This document shows positions 1-8,133 of a stretch of DNA of 39,499 bases, in pieces. The stretch covers positions 1-39,499 of the forward strand of contig JANOQV010000097.1 of assembly GCA_031414955.1 (NCBI GenBank), given 5' to 3'. Origin of the DNA: Pedosphaera sp. (GTDB lineage: Bacteria > Verrucomicrobiota > Verrucomicrobiia > Limisphaerales > SIBH01). The notes under the pieces are model-generated. The model worked only from the letters and a program-made list of their open reading frames with translations, was not told where the DNA came from and made no database searches. The position numbers were made by a program, and so were the translations under genes. Each line of letters opens with the position of its first letter. The first letter of the stretch is position 1.

Positions 1-1
1 G

Positions 2-238
2 GACGGCAAAGTCTATGTCGGCGACGAGGACGGCGACTTCGTGATTCTCCCCGCGAAGAAAGATTTCGATCCCAAGAAGGAGAAACCCATCTTCGAGACC
101 AACCTCGGCGCGCCCGTCTATGGCACCCCGATGGTCGCCAACGGCGTGATGTACGTGATGAGCCAGACGCACCTCTACGCCGTCGGCGGCAGCGCCATCA
201 CCACCGACCAGCCGCAGAAGCTGGAGATTAAGAAGTAG
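2..238 (+). CDS. PQQ-like beta-propeller (BamB-type) protein, C-terminal fragment; gene starts before the window
   Basis: Frame 2 is open from the window edge: DGKVYVGDEDGDFVILPA...LGAPVYGTPMVANGVMYVMSQTHLYAVG, typical terminal blades of PQQ_2 propellers. Stop TAG at 236-238. Confidence 0.85.
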   Translation, partial: DGKVYVGDEDGDFVILPAKKDFDPKKEKPIFETNLGAPVYGTPMVANGVMYVMSQTHLYAVGGSAITTDQPQKLEIKK

Positions 239-276
239 TGGGTGGAAGGTTAGGCACTACGCCCAAATCGCACATT

Positions 277-408
277 ATGGGAAAGAAGCGTCACTACTAC
301 GACAAGCACGGTAACTACAAAGGCCACTCATCCGATAAGGGGCCTTACGACTGGTTGGGATATTTGGTTCTCATTCTCATCGTGCTCGGTCTTCTGAAAG
401 GCTGCTGA
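277..408 (+). CDS. Small 43-aa single-pass membrane protein (not in the ORF track)
   Basis: Hand translation: MGKKRHYYDKHGNYKGHSSDKGPYDWLGYLVLILIVLGLLKGC*. Basic N-terminus plus a hydrophobic helix; fills the gap between co-oriented genes. Confidence 0.55.
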   Translation: MGKKRHYYDKHGNYKGHSSDKGPYDWLGYLVLILIVLGLLKGC

Positions 409-449
409 TGCGCTCGCAGGAATTGGAAGCCGGTGTTGACTCTGTTTTG

Positions 450-671
450 AATCCCAACGGGATTCCATCACTCAGCCCAGGGTTGCGCGCCGCGCGCTAC
501 CCTGGGTCAACGTCCCCAATACGACACAACCCTGAAAGGGTTGCATCAATTCCGCACCATTCTCTCGCCCAATGCTTCAACCCCTTCAGGGTTGATGATT
601 CATTTTCACGCCCACCCAGGGTAGCTCCTGCGTCGCAACCCTGGGCTGATGGCTGCAATCCCTTTGGGATT
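450..671. repeat. Long composite palindrome (REP/BIME-like)
   Basis: Nested inverted arms: AATCCCAACGGGATT / AATCCCTTTGGGATT, CAGCCCAGGGTTGCG / CGCAACCCTGGGCTG, GCTACCCTGGGT / ACCCAGGGTAGC, CAACCCTGAAAGGGTTG / CAACCCCTTCAGGGTTG. Confidence 0.85.
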
Positions 672-680
672 GAAACGCTA

Positions 681-1925
681 ATGGGACGGTTGGCCGCACT
701 TTGTTTCGCGCTCGCTTTCGTTTTCTTCGCCGCCACTTCATCCCACGCTTCCGACTGGCCGCAATTCCGCGGCCCCACCGGACTCGGCTACGCGGACGCG
801 CAAAATCTCCCGCTCACCTGGAACGCCAAGAGCAACGTGAACATCGCGTGGAAGGCGGCGTTGCCGAAGAGCGACAATCCCTACTCGTCGCCCGTCGTGT
901 CCGGCGACCGTGTGTTCGTCACCAGCGCGGTCAACAATCCCGTCGAGCATCACGTCCTCTGCTTCGCGCGCGCCGACGGCAAGCTGCTCTGGGACACCAC
1001 CGTCGAACCCGGCCCGTGGATTCTCAAAGACCTGCGCGGCGGCTACGGCGCACCCACGCCCTGCACCGACGGCAAGAATGTTTTCGTCGTCTTCGGCTCC
1101 GCCGTCATCGCGTCGCTCGACTTCGAGGGCAAAGTCGTCTGGCGAAAAGCTTTGACCGAATACAACTTCGACGTGGCGCTGGGCAGCAGCCCGATTCTCT
1201 ACAAGGACACCGTCATTCTCGACTGCGATCAGAACAACAAGACTTCGAGCTTCATCGCGTTCGACAAGGCGACCGGCGACATCAAGTGGGAGCAGAAGCG
1301 GCCGCAGGCCATTTACGCGCACAGCACGCCGGTCATCGTGGACATGAACGGCAAGCCGCAGATGCTCGTGAGCGCGAACAAGGCCATCGAAAGCCTGAAC
1401 CCCGACAACGGCGAGATGATCTGGTGGTGCGCCGCGTCCGGCGACGCGTCCTCGCCCGCCTTCGCGCGCAACCTCGTCTTCGCCGACAGCGGACGCGGCG
1501 GCAAAGCCGTGTGCGTCGAGGCCACCGGCACCGGCGACGTGACCAAGACGCACCTCAAGTGGACCTTCCCGCAAATCCCCGAAGGCTTGTCGTCCGCCAT
1601 CATCGTCGGCGATTTCGTTTTCCGTTCGCACAATCCCGCGACCGTGAAGTGCCTGCGCCTTTCGACCGGCGAACTTGTTTTCAGCGAACGCCTGCCCGAC
1701 GTCTCGACTTGGGCAAGCCCTTTTGCGACGCCCGACGGAACGATCTACTTCGCCAGCGCCGGCAAGAGTCACGTCATCAAGATTGGCGGTGAAGGTGGAA
1801 CGAATCTCGTCGTCCTCGCCACGAACGACATCGGCGAAGAGAACCGCGCCACGCCTGCGGTGGCGGGCGGGAAAATCTTTCTGCGCGGGAACAAGAACCT
1901 GTATTGCATTGGGAACAAACCATGA
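681..1925 (+). CDS. Secreted PQQ-binding-like beta-propeller repeat protein
   Basis: Signal peptide MGRLAALCFALAFVFFAATSSHA followed by DWPQFRGP, SSPVV, GSSPIL, ATPAVAGGKIFLRG. ATG 681 preferred because the ORF-track extension from 408 translates the palindrome. Confidence 0.9.
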   Translation: MGRLAALCFALAFVFFAATSSHASDWPQFRGPTGLGYADAQNLPLTWNAKSNVNIAWKAALPKSDNPYSSPVVSGDRVFVTSAVNNPVEHHVLCFARADGKLLWDTTVEPGPWILKDLRGGYGAPTPCTDGKNVFVVFGSAVIASLDFEGKVVWRKALTEYNFDVALGSSPILYKDTVILDCDQNNKTSSFIAFDKATGDIKWEQKRPQAIYAHSTPVIVDMNGKPQMLVSANKAIESLNPDNGEMIWWCAASGDASSPAFARNLVFADSGRGGKAVCVEATGTGDVTKTHLKWTFPQIPEGLSSAIIVGDFVFRSHNPATVKCLRLSTGELVFSERLPDVSTWASPFATPDGTIYFASAGKSHVIKIGGEGGTNLVVLATNDIGEENRATPAVAGGKIFLRGNKNLYCIGNKP

Positions 1926-1936
1926 AGAGCGCAAAC

Positions 1937-2024
1937 GGAGTCGCGGACAGCCTTGTCCGCAGTTCATCAGCATCGCGAGTCCGGCCAGTGGACGACGACG
2001 GCGGACATGGCTGTCCGCCGCTCC
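1937..2024. repeat. REP-doublet-like inverted repeat
   Basis: GGAGTCGCGGACAGCCTTGTCCGC ... GCGGACATGGCTGTCCGCCGCTCC; each arm is itself a small hairpin and the left arm starts GGAG. Confidence 0.8.
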
Positions 2025-2080
2025 GCAGGTGCGGGCCAGACTTGTTCAAGCCGACATCGGGCCGCTAACTTTCACGGAGC

Positions 2081-2491
2081 TTGAAACGCAGAACCACATC
2101 CAGTGTGACGAACGGCGCGCAGCCCACGCCGCCCGTCATCCCGCACCTCTGGCACCGCGAAGTGCCCGGCCCGCTCTGGGACGGCACGCGCCGCGTCGCA
2201 CGCCGACAGATTGAAGCCTACTGCCGCGTGGTGGCCCGCGAGTTCAAGCCGGAGAAGATCATCCTGTTCGGTTCCTACGCCTACGGGAAGCCGACGAAGG
2301 ATTCGGATGTCGATCTAGTGGTCATCATGCCGCATCGCAGCCGCGACATCAAAATGATGGGCGCGATTCGCGCACGCGTTGGGTCGCCTTTCCCTCTCGA
2401 TCTGTTGGTCTGGCGACCCGGCAAATTCTCGCGGATGCAGAGTTTCAATGAGGAAGTGCTGACGCGCGGCAAGGTGATGTATGAAAGCTGA
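2081..2491 (+). CDS. Minimal nucleotidyltransferase (MNT) antitoxin
   Basis: LFGSYAYG..DSDVDL Pol-beta NTase motif; overlaps the HEPN gene. Start (TTG 2081) uncertain. Confidence 0.85.
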   Translation: MKRRTTSSVTNGAQPTPPVIPHLWHREVPGPLWDGTRRVARRQIEAYCRVVAREFKPEKIILFGSYAYGKPTKDSDVDLVVIMPHRSRDIKMMGAIRARVGSPFPLDLLVWRPGKFSRMQSFNEEVLTRGKVMYES

Positions 2492-2870
2492 CACGCGCGA
2501 ATGGGTAAAATACGCGGAGGAAGATTTCACGGTGGCCTCATCGTTGATACGGCAGCGCAAATCCTGCCCGGCCAACTCCATCGGCTTCCATTGCCAGCAG
2601 TGCGTGGAAAAGTATTTCAAGGCCCGGCTGGTCGAGGCCGGCCGCACTTTTCCGAAGACGCATGACCTCGAAGGACTGCTGAATTTGGTGGTCCAGATTG
2701 AGCCGTTGCTGGCGGCGTTTCAGCCGGTGTTGGGCACTTTGACCGCCTACGCCGTCCAGTTCCGTTATCCCGGCCATGTCGCCACGAAGCAGGACGCAAA
2801 GGACGCGCTGAAAGATTGCCGCGCCATTCGCAAAGAAGTCCGGGCGAGCCTCGGCCTGCCGAAGAAGTGA
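2481..2870 (+). CDS. HEPN domain protein (MNT-HEPN pair)
   Basis: W...AEED, FHCQQCVEKYFKA, KTHDL, RYPG motifs of small HEPN proteins; directly downstream of MNT. Confidence 0.88.
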   Translation: MKADTREWVKYAEEDFTVASSLIRQRKSCPANSIGFHCQQCVEKYFKARLVEAGRTFPKTHDLEGLLNLVVQIEPLLAAFQPVLGTLTAYAVQFRYPGHVATKQDAKDALKDCRAIRKEVRASLGLPKK

Positions 2871-2906
2871 ACCGAAAACATTTTTGACCAACCCAACCAT
2901 TCAACC

Positions 2907-3986
2907 ATGAGCAACTCCGTTTCACCCGAAGCCATCAAAGCCGCCGCCGCCCAACTCGACGCGCACCTCAAAGAAATCATCCAGTGGCATTTCACGCCGG
3001 AAACCGGCTGCCCCTACTGGCTCGACTGGGCGAAGAAGAACTTTGACCCGCGCAAGGAGATCAACAGCTTCGCCGACGTGCTGAAGTTTCCGCATTTCGC
3101 CGACGAATCATTGCGCGACTTGCAGCCCGAGGTCTGGGTGCCGGCGCAATTCAAGGGCAAGCCTTTCAACATTTTTGAGACGGGCGGTACGACGGGAATG
3201 CCCAAGCAGCGCATCGGCTGGAACGACTTCCGGGTCGATTACTCCGAGTTCAGCGAGAAGATTTCCGACGAACATTTTCCGCGTGGTGGTGCCTGGCTGA
3301 TGATGGGACCGACCGGCCCGCGTCGTCTGCGCCTCGCCATCGAACATCTCGCCAACGTGCGCGGTTCGTCGTGCTACTTCATCGATCTTGATCCGCGCTT
3401 CGTGAAGAAGCTCATCACCAACAAGCAGTTCGACGTGGCGAAGCAATACATGGCGCACGTCGTGGATCAGGCGGCGACCATTCTCAAGCACCGCAAAGTC
3501 ACCGGCCTCTTCACCACGCCGAAGCTGCTCGAAGCTCTGGCCGAACGGGAAAATCTCTGGGAAGCCGGCATCCGCGGCGTGTTCTGCGGCGGCACGTCGA
3601 TGAAGCCGCAGGAAGTGCGCTTCATTGTCGAGGAACTGCTGGAGAACCGTATCGGCTTCTACCCGACTTACGGCAACACCCTCATGGGCCTGGCCGCCAG
3701 CGTGCCGCTCCGCCCCGAAGACAATTTCAGCGTGACCTACTACGCGCCGCAGCCCCGCGCCGTGTTGCGCGTGGTGAACCCGAACAAGACCGAGGAGACC
3801 GTGGCCTACGGCGCGTGGGGCCGCGTGGAGCTCACCACATTGACCAAGGAATTCTTCATGCCCCGCTTCCTCGAACGCGACGAAACCATCCGCCGCGAGC
3901 CGCGCGCGCCATATGCGTGGGACGGCGTCGGCGACGTGCGTCCGTTCGGTGCGATGGAGAAGAACATTGTCGAGGGCGTGTATTGA
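2907..3986 (+). CDS. EhpF/GriC-like short adenylate-forming enzyme (PaaK/LuxE-related)
   Basis: WHFTPETGCPYW, P-loop ETGGTTGMPK, GPTGP, IDLDPRFVKK, YGNT, ERD and terminal EGVY all match my recollection of Pantoea EhpF; 359 aa, shorter than standard ANL ligases. Confidence 0.8.
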   Translation: MSNSVSPEAIKAAAAQLDAHLKEIIQWHFTPETGCPYWLDWAKKNFDPRKEINSFADVLKFPHFADESLRDLQPEVWVPAQFKGKPFNIFETGGTTGMPKQRIGWNDFRVDYSEFSEKISDEHFPRGGAWLMMGPTGPRRLRLAIEHLANVRGSSCYFIDLDPRFVKKLITNKQFDVAKQYMAHVVDQAATILKHRKVTGLFTTPKLLEALAERENLWEAGIRGVFCGGTSMKPQEVRFIVEELLENRIGFYPTYGNTLMGLAASVPLRPEDNFSVTYYAPQPRAVLRVVNPNKTEETVAYGAWGRVELTTLTKEFFMPRFLERDETIRREPRAPYAWDGVGDVRPFGAMEKNIVEGVY

Positions 3987-3991
3987 GTGAA

Positions 3992-4027
3992 TTGACACTC
4001 GCACCGTTCTGGACAGATATTTGTCCA
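3992..4027 (+). promoter_or_regulatory. yefM-yoeB promoter and operator
   Basis: TTGACA (3992-3997), then GATATT (4016-4021) at 18-bp spacing, flanked by the inverted pair TGGACA (4010-4015) / TGTCCA (4022-4027). Each is one mismatch from the TGTACA YefM operator core and they are 12 bp apart. Confidence 0.7.
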
Positions 4028-4029
4028 AC

Positions 4030-4287
4030 ATGAGCACGATCAGTTATTCAGCCGCCCGCGAGAAACTGGCCCAGACGATGGACCGGGTTTGCGACGACCG
4101 GGAGCCGGTGATCATCACCCGGCAGAAACAGCGTTCCGTCGTCATGCTGTCCTTGGAAGACTACGAATCACTGACTGAAACCGCCTACTTGCTCAAGAGC
4201 CGGGCGAACGCGCGCCGCCTGCTCGCCGCCACGAAGCAATTGGACGCGCGCCAAGGCCGGGTTCGCAAACTGAACCTCGAACCATGA
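4030..4287 (+). CDS. yefM: Phd/YefM antitoxin
   Basis: MSTISYSAAREKLAQTMDRVCDDREPVIITRQ...ETAYLLKSRANARRL; ATGA overlap with the toxin. Confidence 0.95.
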   Translation: MSTISYSAAREKLAQTMDRVCDDREPVIITRQKQRSVVMLSLEDYESLTETAYLLKSRANARRLLAATKQLDARQGRVRKLNLEP

Positions 4288-4538
4288 ACCTGATTTTCTC
4301 CGACCAAGCTTGGGAAGATTACCAATATTGGCAGGAGACGGACAAAAAGATGGTGCGCCGAATCCATGAATTACTGAAAGACATCCGCCGTAATCCGCCC
4401 TCAGGAATCGGCAAACCCGAACCGCTCCGGCACGCGCTGGCCGGCTGGTGGTCGCGCCGCATCGATCAGGAACATCGCCTTGTCTATCGCGCCAGTCAGC
4501 AGGGAATTCTCCTCGCGCAATTGCGATTTCATTACTGA
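4284..4538 (+). CDS. yoeB: Txe/YoeB mRNA interferase toxin
   Basis: AWEDYQYWQ, GIGKPEPL, WSRRIDQEHRLVY, terminal RFHY. Confidence 0.95.
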   Translation: MNLIFSDQAWEDYQYWQETDKKMVRRIHELLKDIRRNPPSGIGKPEPLRHALAGWWSRRIDQEHRLVYRASQQGILLAQLRFHY

Positions 4539-4554
4539 ACCCATTTCAAAACAC

Positions 4555-5991
4555 ATGAGCAACATCCCCCATCTCCCTGTCCTGCGGTTGGGCCGCGCCT
4601 ACGAATCTTTGGAAAAAATCGAGGTCAAGAATCACCGCACCGGTGAGGTCATGGCCCTCGTCTCCACGGTCAACGGCGGCATCGTCAAACGTGATCTGGC
4701 CAAGATTGCTTCGGCGCGTGCGGCGTTGAAGAAGTTCACCGTGAAGCAGCTCATCGCCATGAGCGCACAGGCGGGGGAACTGTTCCTGAACGGCACGCTG
4801 CCGTTCGGCGACAAAGGCCACACGCAGACCGCGCAGCAATACATCGAGACGTTGAGCGGCACGAGCGGCCTGCCGCATATCATGGTGAAGCGCAACATGG
4901 CGAAAATCCACTACGCGCTCACGCACCTCGACGAGATTCTCAACGGACTGACGCGCGGACTCGACCTCTCGATTCTCGACTCCGGCATGGGCGAGCAGTT
5001 CGGCACCAAGCTCGCGTTCTTCCCGACGGCGGCGGCGCTCGGACTTGTCATGCCCAGCAATTCGCCGGCGGTGAATTCGCTCTGGCTCCCCGCCATCGCG
5101 CTCAAGACGCCGGTCGTGATCAAGCCCGGCAAGGAAGAACCGTGGACGCCGTATCGGTTGATTCAGGCTTTCATCGCTGCGGGTGTGCCCGCCGAGGCAT
5201 TTGGTTTCTACGCCACGGATCACGACGGCGCGGCGACAATTCTCAACACCTGCGGTCGCGCGCTCATCTTTGGCGACAAGAACACGAAGGCGCAGTACGC
5301 TAACAATCCCGCCATTCAGTTGCACGGGCCGGGCTGGAGCAAAATCATTGTCGGCGAAGACCAGATTGAGAACTGGCGCGATTACCTCGACGTGATGGTC
5401 AGTTCCATCAGCGACAACGGCGGACGTTCCTGCATCAACGCCTCCGCCATCGTGGTGCCGAAGTATGCCGCCGAGATCGCCGACGCCCTCGCGCAGAAGC
5501 TCGGCCCGATTCAGCCGACGCGGCCCGAGGACGAGAACGCCCGCCTCTCCGGCTTCGCCAATCTCAAGATGGCCGACTTCATCGACGCGCAAATCGAGGA
5601 AGGACTGAAGACGCCTGGCGGCGTGGATGCGACCGCGAAGTATCGCAACGGACCGCGCAAAGTCGTCTTCGAGGGCGGCACCTACATGCGCCCGACGATT
5701 GTGCTGTGCGATTCCTTCGCGCATCCGCTGGCCAACAAGGAATTCCTCTGCCCCTATGCCAGCGTCGTGACCTGCGCGCAGAAAGACATGCTGCACCAGA
5801 TCGGCTACAGCCTGGCCGTGAGCGCCATTACCAAAGACCCGGCGTTCATCGACGAACTGCAAGCCTTCGGCGAAATCGACCGCCTGAACATCGGCCCCGT
5901 CTCGACCATGAAGATTTCCTGGGACCAGCCGCACGAAGGCAACATGTTTGAGTTTCTCTACAAGCGTCGCAGCATCGATCGGGCTTGGTGA
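4555..5991 (+). CDS. ALDH-fold protein, probable acylating reductase (GriD/EhpG/LuxC-like)
   Basis: MPSNSP (oxyanion Asn), KPG, catalytic GRSCINAS, KEFLCP. The usual LELGG general-base motif is replaced by QLHGPG. ATG at 4555. Confidence 0.85.
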   Translation: MSNIPHLPVLRLGRAYESLEKIEVKNHRTGEVMALVSTVNGGIVKRDLAKIASARAALKKFTVKQLIAMSAQAGELFLNGTLPFGDKGHTQTAQQYIETLSGTSGLPHIMVKRNMAKIHYALTHLDEILNGLTRGLDLSILDSGMGEQFGTKLAFFPTAAALGLVMPSNSPAVNSLWLPAIALKTPVVIKPGKEEPWTPYRLIQAFIAAGVPAEAFGFYATDHDGAATILNTCGRALIFGDKNTKAQYANNPAIQLHGPGWSKIIVGEDQIENWRDYLDVMVSSISDNGGRSCINASAIVVPKYAAEIADALAQKLGPIQPTRPEDENARLSGFANLKMADFIDAQIEEGLKTPGGVDATAKYRNGPRKVVFEGGTYMRPTIVLCDSFAHPLANKEFLCPYASVVTCAQKDMLHQIGYSLAVSAITKDPAFIDELQAFGEIDRLNIGPVSTMKISWDQPHEGNMFEFLYKRRSIDRAW

Positions 5992-6053
5992 ATCGCAAGG
6001 CGGCGAGACCTGTCTCCTTGCCGCGTGCCGCGCTCGAAGCCAGTCTTTCCAAG

Positions 6054-6461
6054 ATGACAGCGAAATATTCAGTCGAACACATCGGCCTGGCCGCGAAGGA
6101 CACCACGGCGCTGAAAGTTTGGTATGAGCGAACGCTGGGCGCGCGCGAAGTCTTCTGCAACGGCCAGCAGCCGCCGGCGTATTTCATGGAACTGCCCGGC
6201 GGCATCTGGATTGAGATCTACGAGGCGGATTTCGCATTGAAGGAGGTCGCGGACAACAAGCTACAAGGCTGGCGGCACCTCGCTCTGAGCGTCGAGTCGA
6301 TCGAGGGCGCGAGGCGGGAATTGGAGGGACGTGGCGTCGCCTTCACCGAGCAGATCAAGCCGGCGGGCGGCGGTGGGCGCGTGCTGTTCTTCCAGGATTC
6401 CGAGGGCAACCTGCTGCACCTCGTGGAGCGCGGGCCGGACTCAAAGCTCCAGCGTCCCTGA
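6054..6461 (+). CDS. VOC (glyoxalase/bleomycin resistance) family protein
   Basis: EHIGL, WIEIY, RHLAL, FFQDSEGNLLHL metal-binding pattern; ATG 6054. Confidence 0.88.
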   Translation: MTAKYSVEHIGLAAKDTTALKVWYERTLGAREVFCNGQQPPAYFMELPGGIWIEIYEADFALKEVADNKLQGWRHLALSVESIEGARRELEGRGVAFTEQIKPAGGGGRVLFFQDSEGNLLHLVERGPDSKLQRP

Positions 6462-6953
6462 GCCGAACTTCTTCCACAGCAGTACAAACGCGGGCGCGAA
6501 ATCGTGCGGACGTTCGTTGACCCATTGCGCCACGCGTTCCCGCGTGAACCACCCGCCACGCTCGATCTCCTCCGGGTGGAGGATGAAGGGACCTTCGCTC
6601 TCGCACTCGTAAAGCCACACGAATTCCTGGCCCGTCTCCCCGCAAGGTTCCACTTTGAAGAGGCGGCGCGGCGGCGCGCTCAGGACCAGGCCGATCTCCT
6701 CGCGCAGTTCGCGCATGGCACAGGTGTCGTAGTCCTCGCCGGTGTCGAGATGGCCGGAGGCGGAGGAATCCCAGAGGCCGGGCGAGCTGTCCTTGCTCAG
6801 GGAACGCTTTTGCAGGAACACTTCGCCCCGAGCATTGAACACGAACACATGCACGGCGCGATGCTTCAGACCGTCCCGATGCACGATGCGCCGCAACTCC
6901 CGGCCGATGACTTCATCGCGCTCGTTGACCACATCAAAGATTTCGTCACTCAT
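6441..6953 (-). CDS. Nudix hydrolase (IDI/YfcD-like)
   Basis: HRAVHVFVFN, LQKRS, WDSSASGHLDTGEDYDTCAMRELREEIG Nudix box. Confidence 0.9.
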   Translation of the reverse strand: MSDEIFDVVNERDEVIGRELRRIVHRDGLKHRAVHVFVFNARGEVFLQKRSLSKDSSPGLWDSSASGHLDTGEDYDTCAMRELREEIGLVLSAPPRRLFKVEPCGETGQEFVWLYECESEGPFILHPEEIERGGWFTRERVAQWVNERPHDFAPAFVLLWKKFGSGTLEL

Positions 6954-7312
6954 AAATTTGCCAGGGCCGGCTCGAATTCAGGAAACACCTCCCGCATCTT
7001 AATCTTCAACTCAGCGATCAGCGCCTCCTCCATAAACTCATAGTCGTCAGGGATGAAAAGGCAGCGGCAGGACTTGCCGGCCAGCGACTCGGGATGCTTC
7101 TGGCGCATCCGCTCCTGATGCCGTTTCTCCATGACCACGATCAAATCGGCCCAGCCGAGACGGCCCGGCGTGACCCGGATGCGCGCGCCATCCTCGGTTC
7201 CCGCCGAGCGCACCTCCCACACCGGCACGTCCTTGAAGATGATTTCCGCAGTCAGGCTACGCCGGCGGTTGCGGCTGCACACGAAGAGAATCTTGGTGCG
7301 GAGGTCTTTCAA
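6950..7312 (-). CDS. Low-molecular-weight protein-tyrosine-phosphatase-like protein
   Basis: ILFVCSRNRRRS (CX5R P-loop), RSAGT, WADLIVVME, IPDDY. TTG start overlaps the rsmA stop (TTGA). Confidence 0.85.
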   Translation of the reverse strand: MKDLRTKILFVCSRNRRRSLTAEIIFKDVPVWEVRSAGTEDGARIRVTPGRLGWADLIVVMEKRHQERMRQKHPESLAGKSCRCLFIPDDYEFMEEALIAELKIKMREVFPEFEPALANL

Positions 7313-8133
7313 GCGGCGAGCAGGCGGGTCAATTCGACGAACTGTTCGAGGGAAAGCTTTTCCGCCCGTTCGTCCGGCCTGATCTTCATGCGCTCCAGCG
7401 CGGCGGCAATCTTCTCCACCGGCCATTGCTGTTTGAGCAGCTTGACCATCATCTTGCGGCGCTGCGACAAGGCGAGCTTCACCAACCGGTCGAACACCGC
7501 TTCCAGTTCCACGGGCAGCAGGGCCGGCTCACGACGGATCAGGACCACGCAGGCGGAATCGACATCCGGGGCGGGAAAGAAACAACTGCGGGGAATTTTG
7601 AAATGCTCTTTCGGCTGATAGCGCAACTGGATGAGCAGCGTGAGCAGGCCGTAGTCCTCGCTGTCCACACTCGCCATGAGCCGGCGCACCACTTCCAGTT
7701 GGAGCGTCGCGACCAACCGCTCGGGCCGCGAAGGATTCTGCGCAAGTTCGACGAGGATGGGCGACGCGACGGAATACGGGAGATTGGCGACGAGCTTGTA
7801 GTCGTGCCAGGCGCGGTTGCGATCCTCGACCACGCGCAGCGCGTCGTCGTGCATCAGTTCCAGATTTTTCGCCCCGGCAAATCGCTCCCGGAGCACCGGC
7901 ATCAGCCGGGCGTCCTTCTCGATGGCCAGGACGTGCCCGGCCCTTGTCAGCAACACCTCCGTCAGCGGCCCAAGACCGGGACCAATCTCCAGCACCTGGT
8001 CCGCGCTGGTGATCTCACCGGCGTCCGCGATGCGCCGCAACTGGTTCTGGTCGTGGAGAAAATTCTGTCCCAGCGACTTGGTGAGCTGGATACCGCGCGC
8101 CTTGAGCAGTTCCCGCATGTCAGAGAGTTTCAT
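7309..8133 (-). CDS. rsmA: 16S rRNA m6,2A dimethyltransferase
   Basis: KSLGQNFL, VLEIGPGLG, VANLPY, FFPAPDVDS, RAEKL; ATG 8133 overlaps the upstream stop. Confidence 0.96.
   Translation of the reverse strand: MKLSDMRELLKARGIQLTKSLGQNFLHDQNQLRRIADAGEITSADQVLEIGPGLGPLTEVLLTRAGHVLAIEKDARLMPVLRERFAGAKNLELMHDDALRVVEDRNRAWHDYKLVANLPYSVASPILVELAQNPSRPERLVATLQLEVVRRLMASVDSEDYGLLTLLIQLRYQPKEHFKIPRSCFFPAPDVDSACVVLIRREPALLPVELEAVFDRLVKLALSQRRKMMVKLLKQQWPVEKIAAALERMKIRPDERAEKLSLEQFVELTRLLAA

Noticed and set aside
408..680. 91-aa N-terminal extension of the propeller ORF
   Set aside because: It is a translation of the 450-671 palindrome; the signal peptide starts at ATG 681.
2907..5991. Phenazine or luciferase gene cluster
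   Set aside because: No phzA-G or luxAB/luxD homologue in the window; only the ligase and reductase-like genes.
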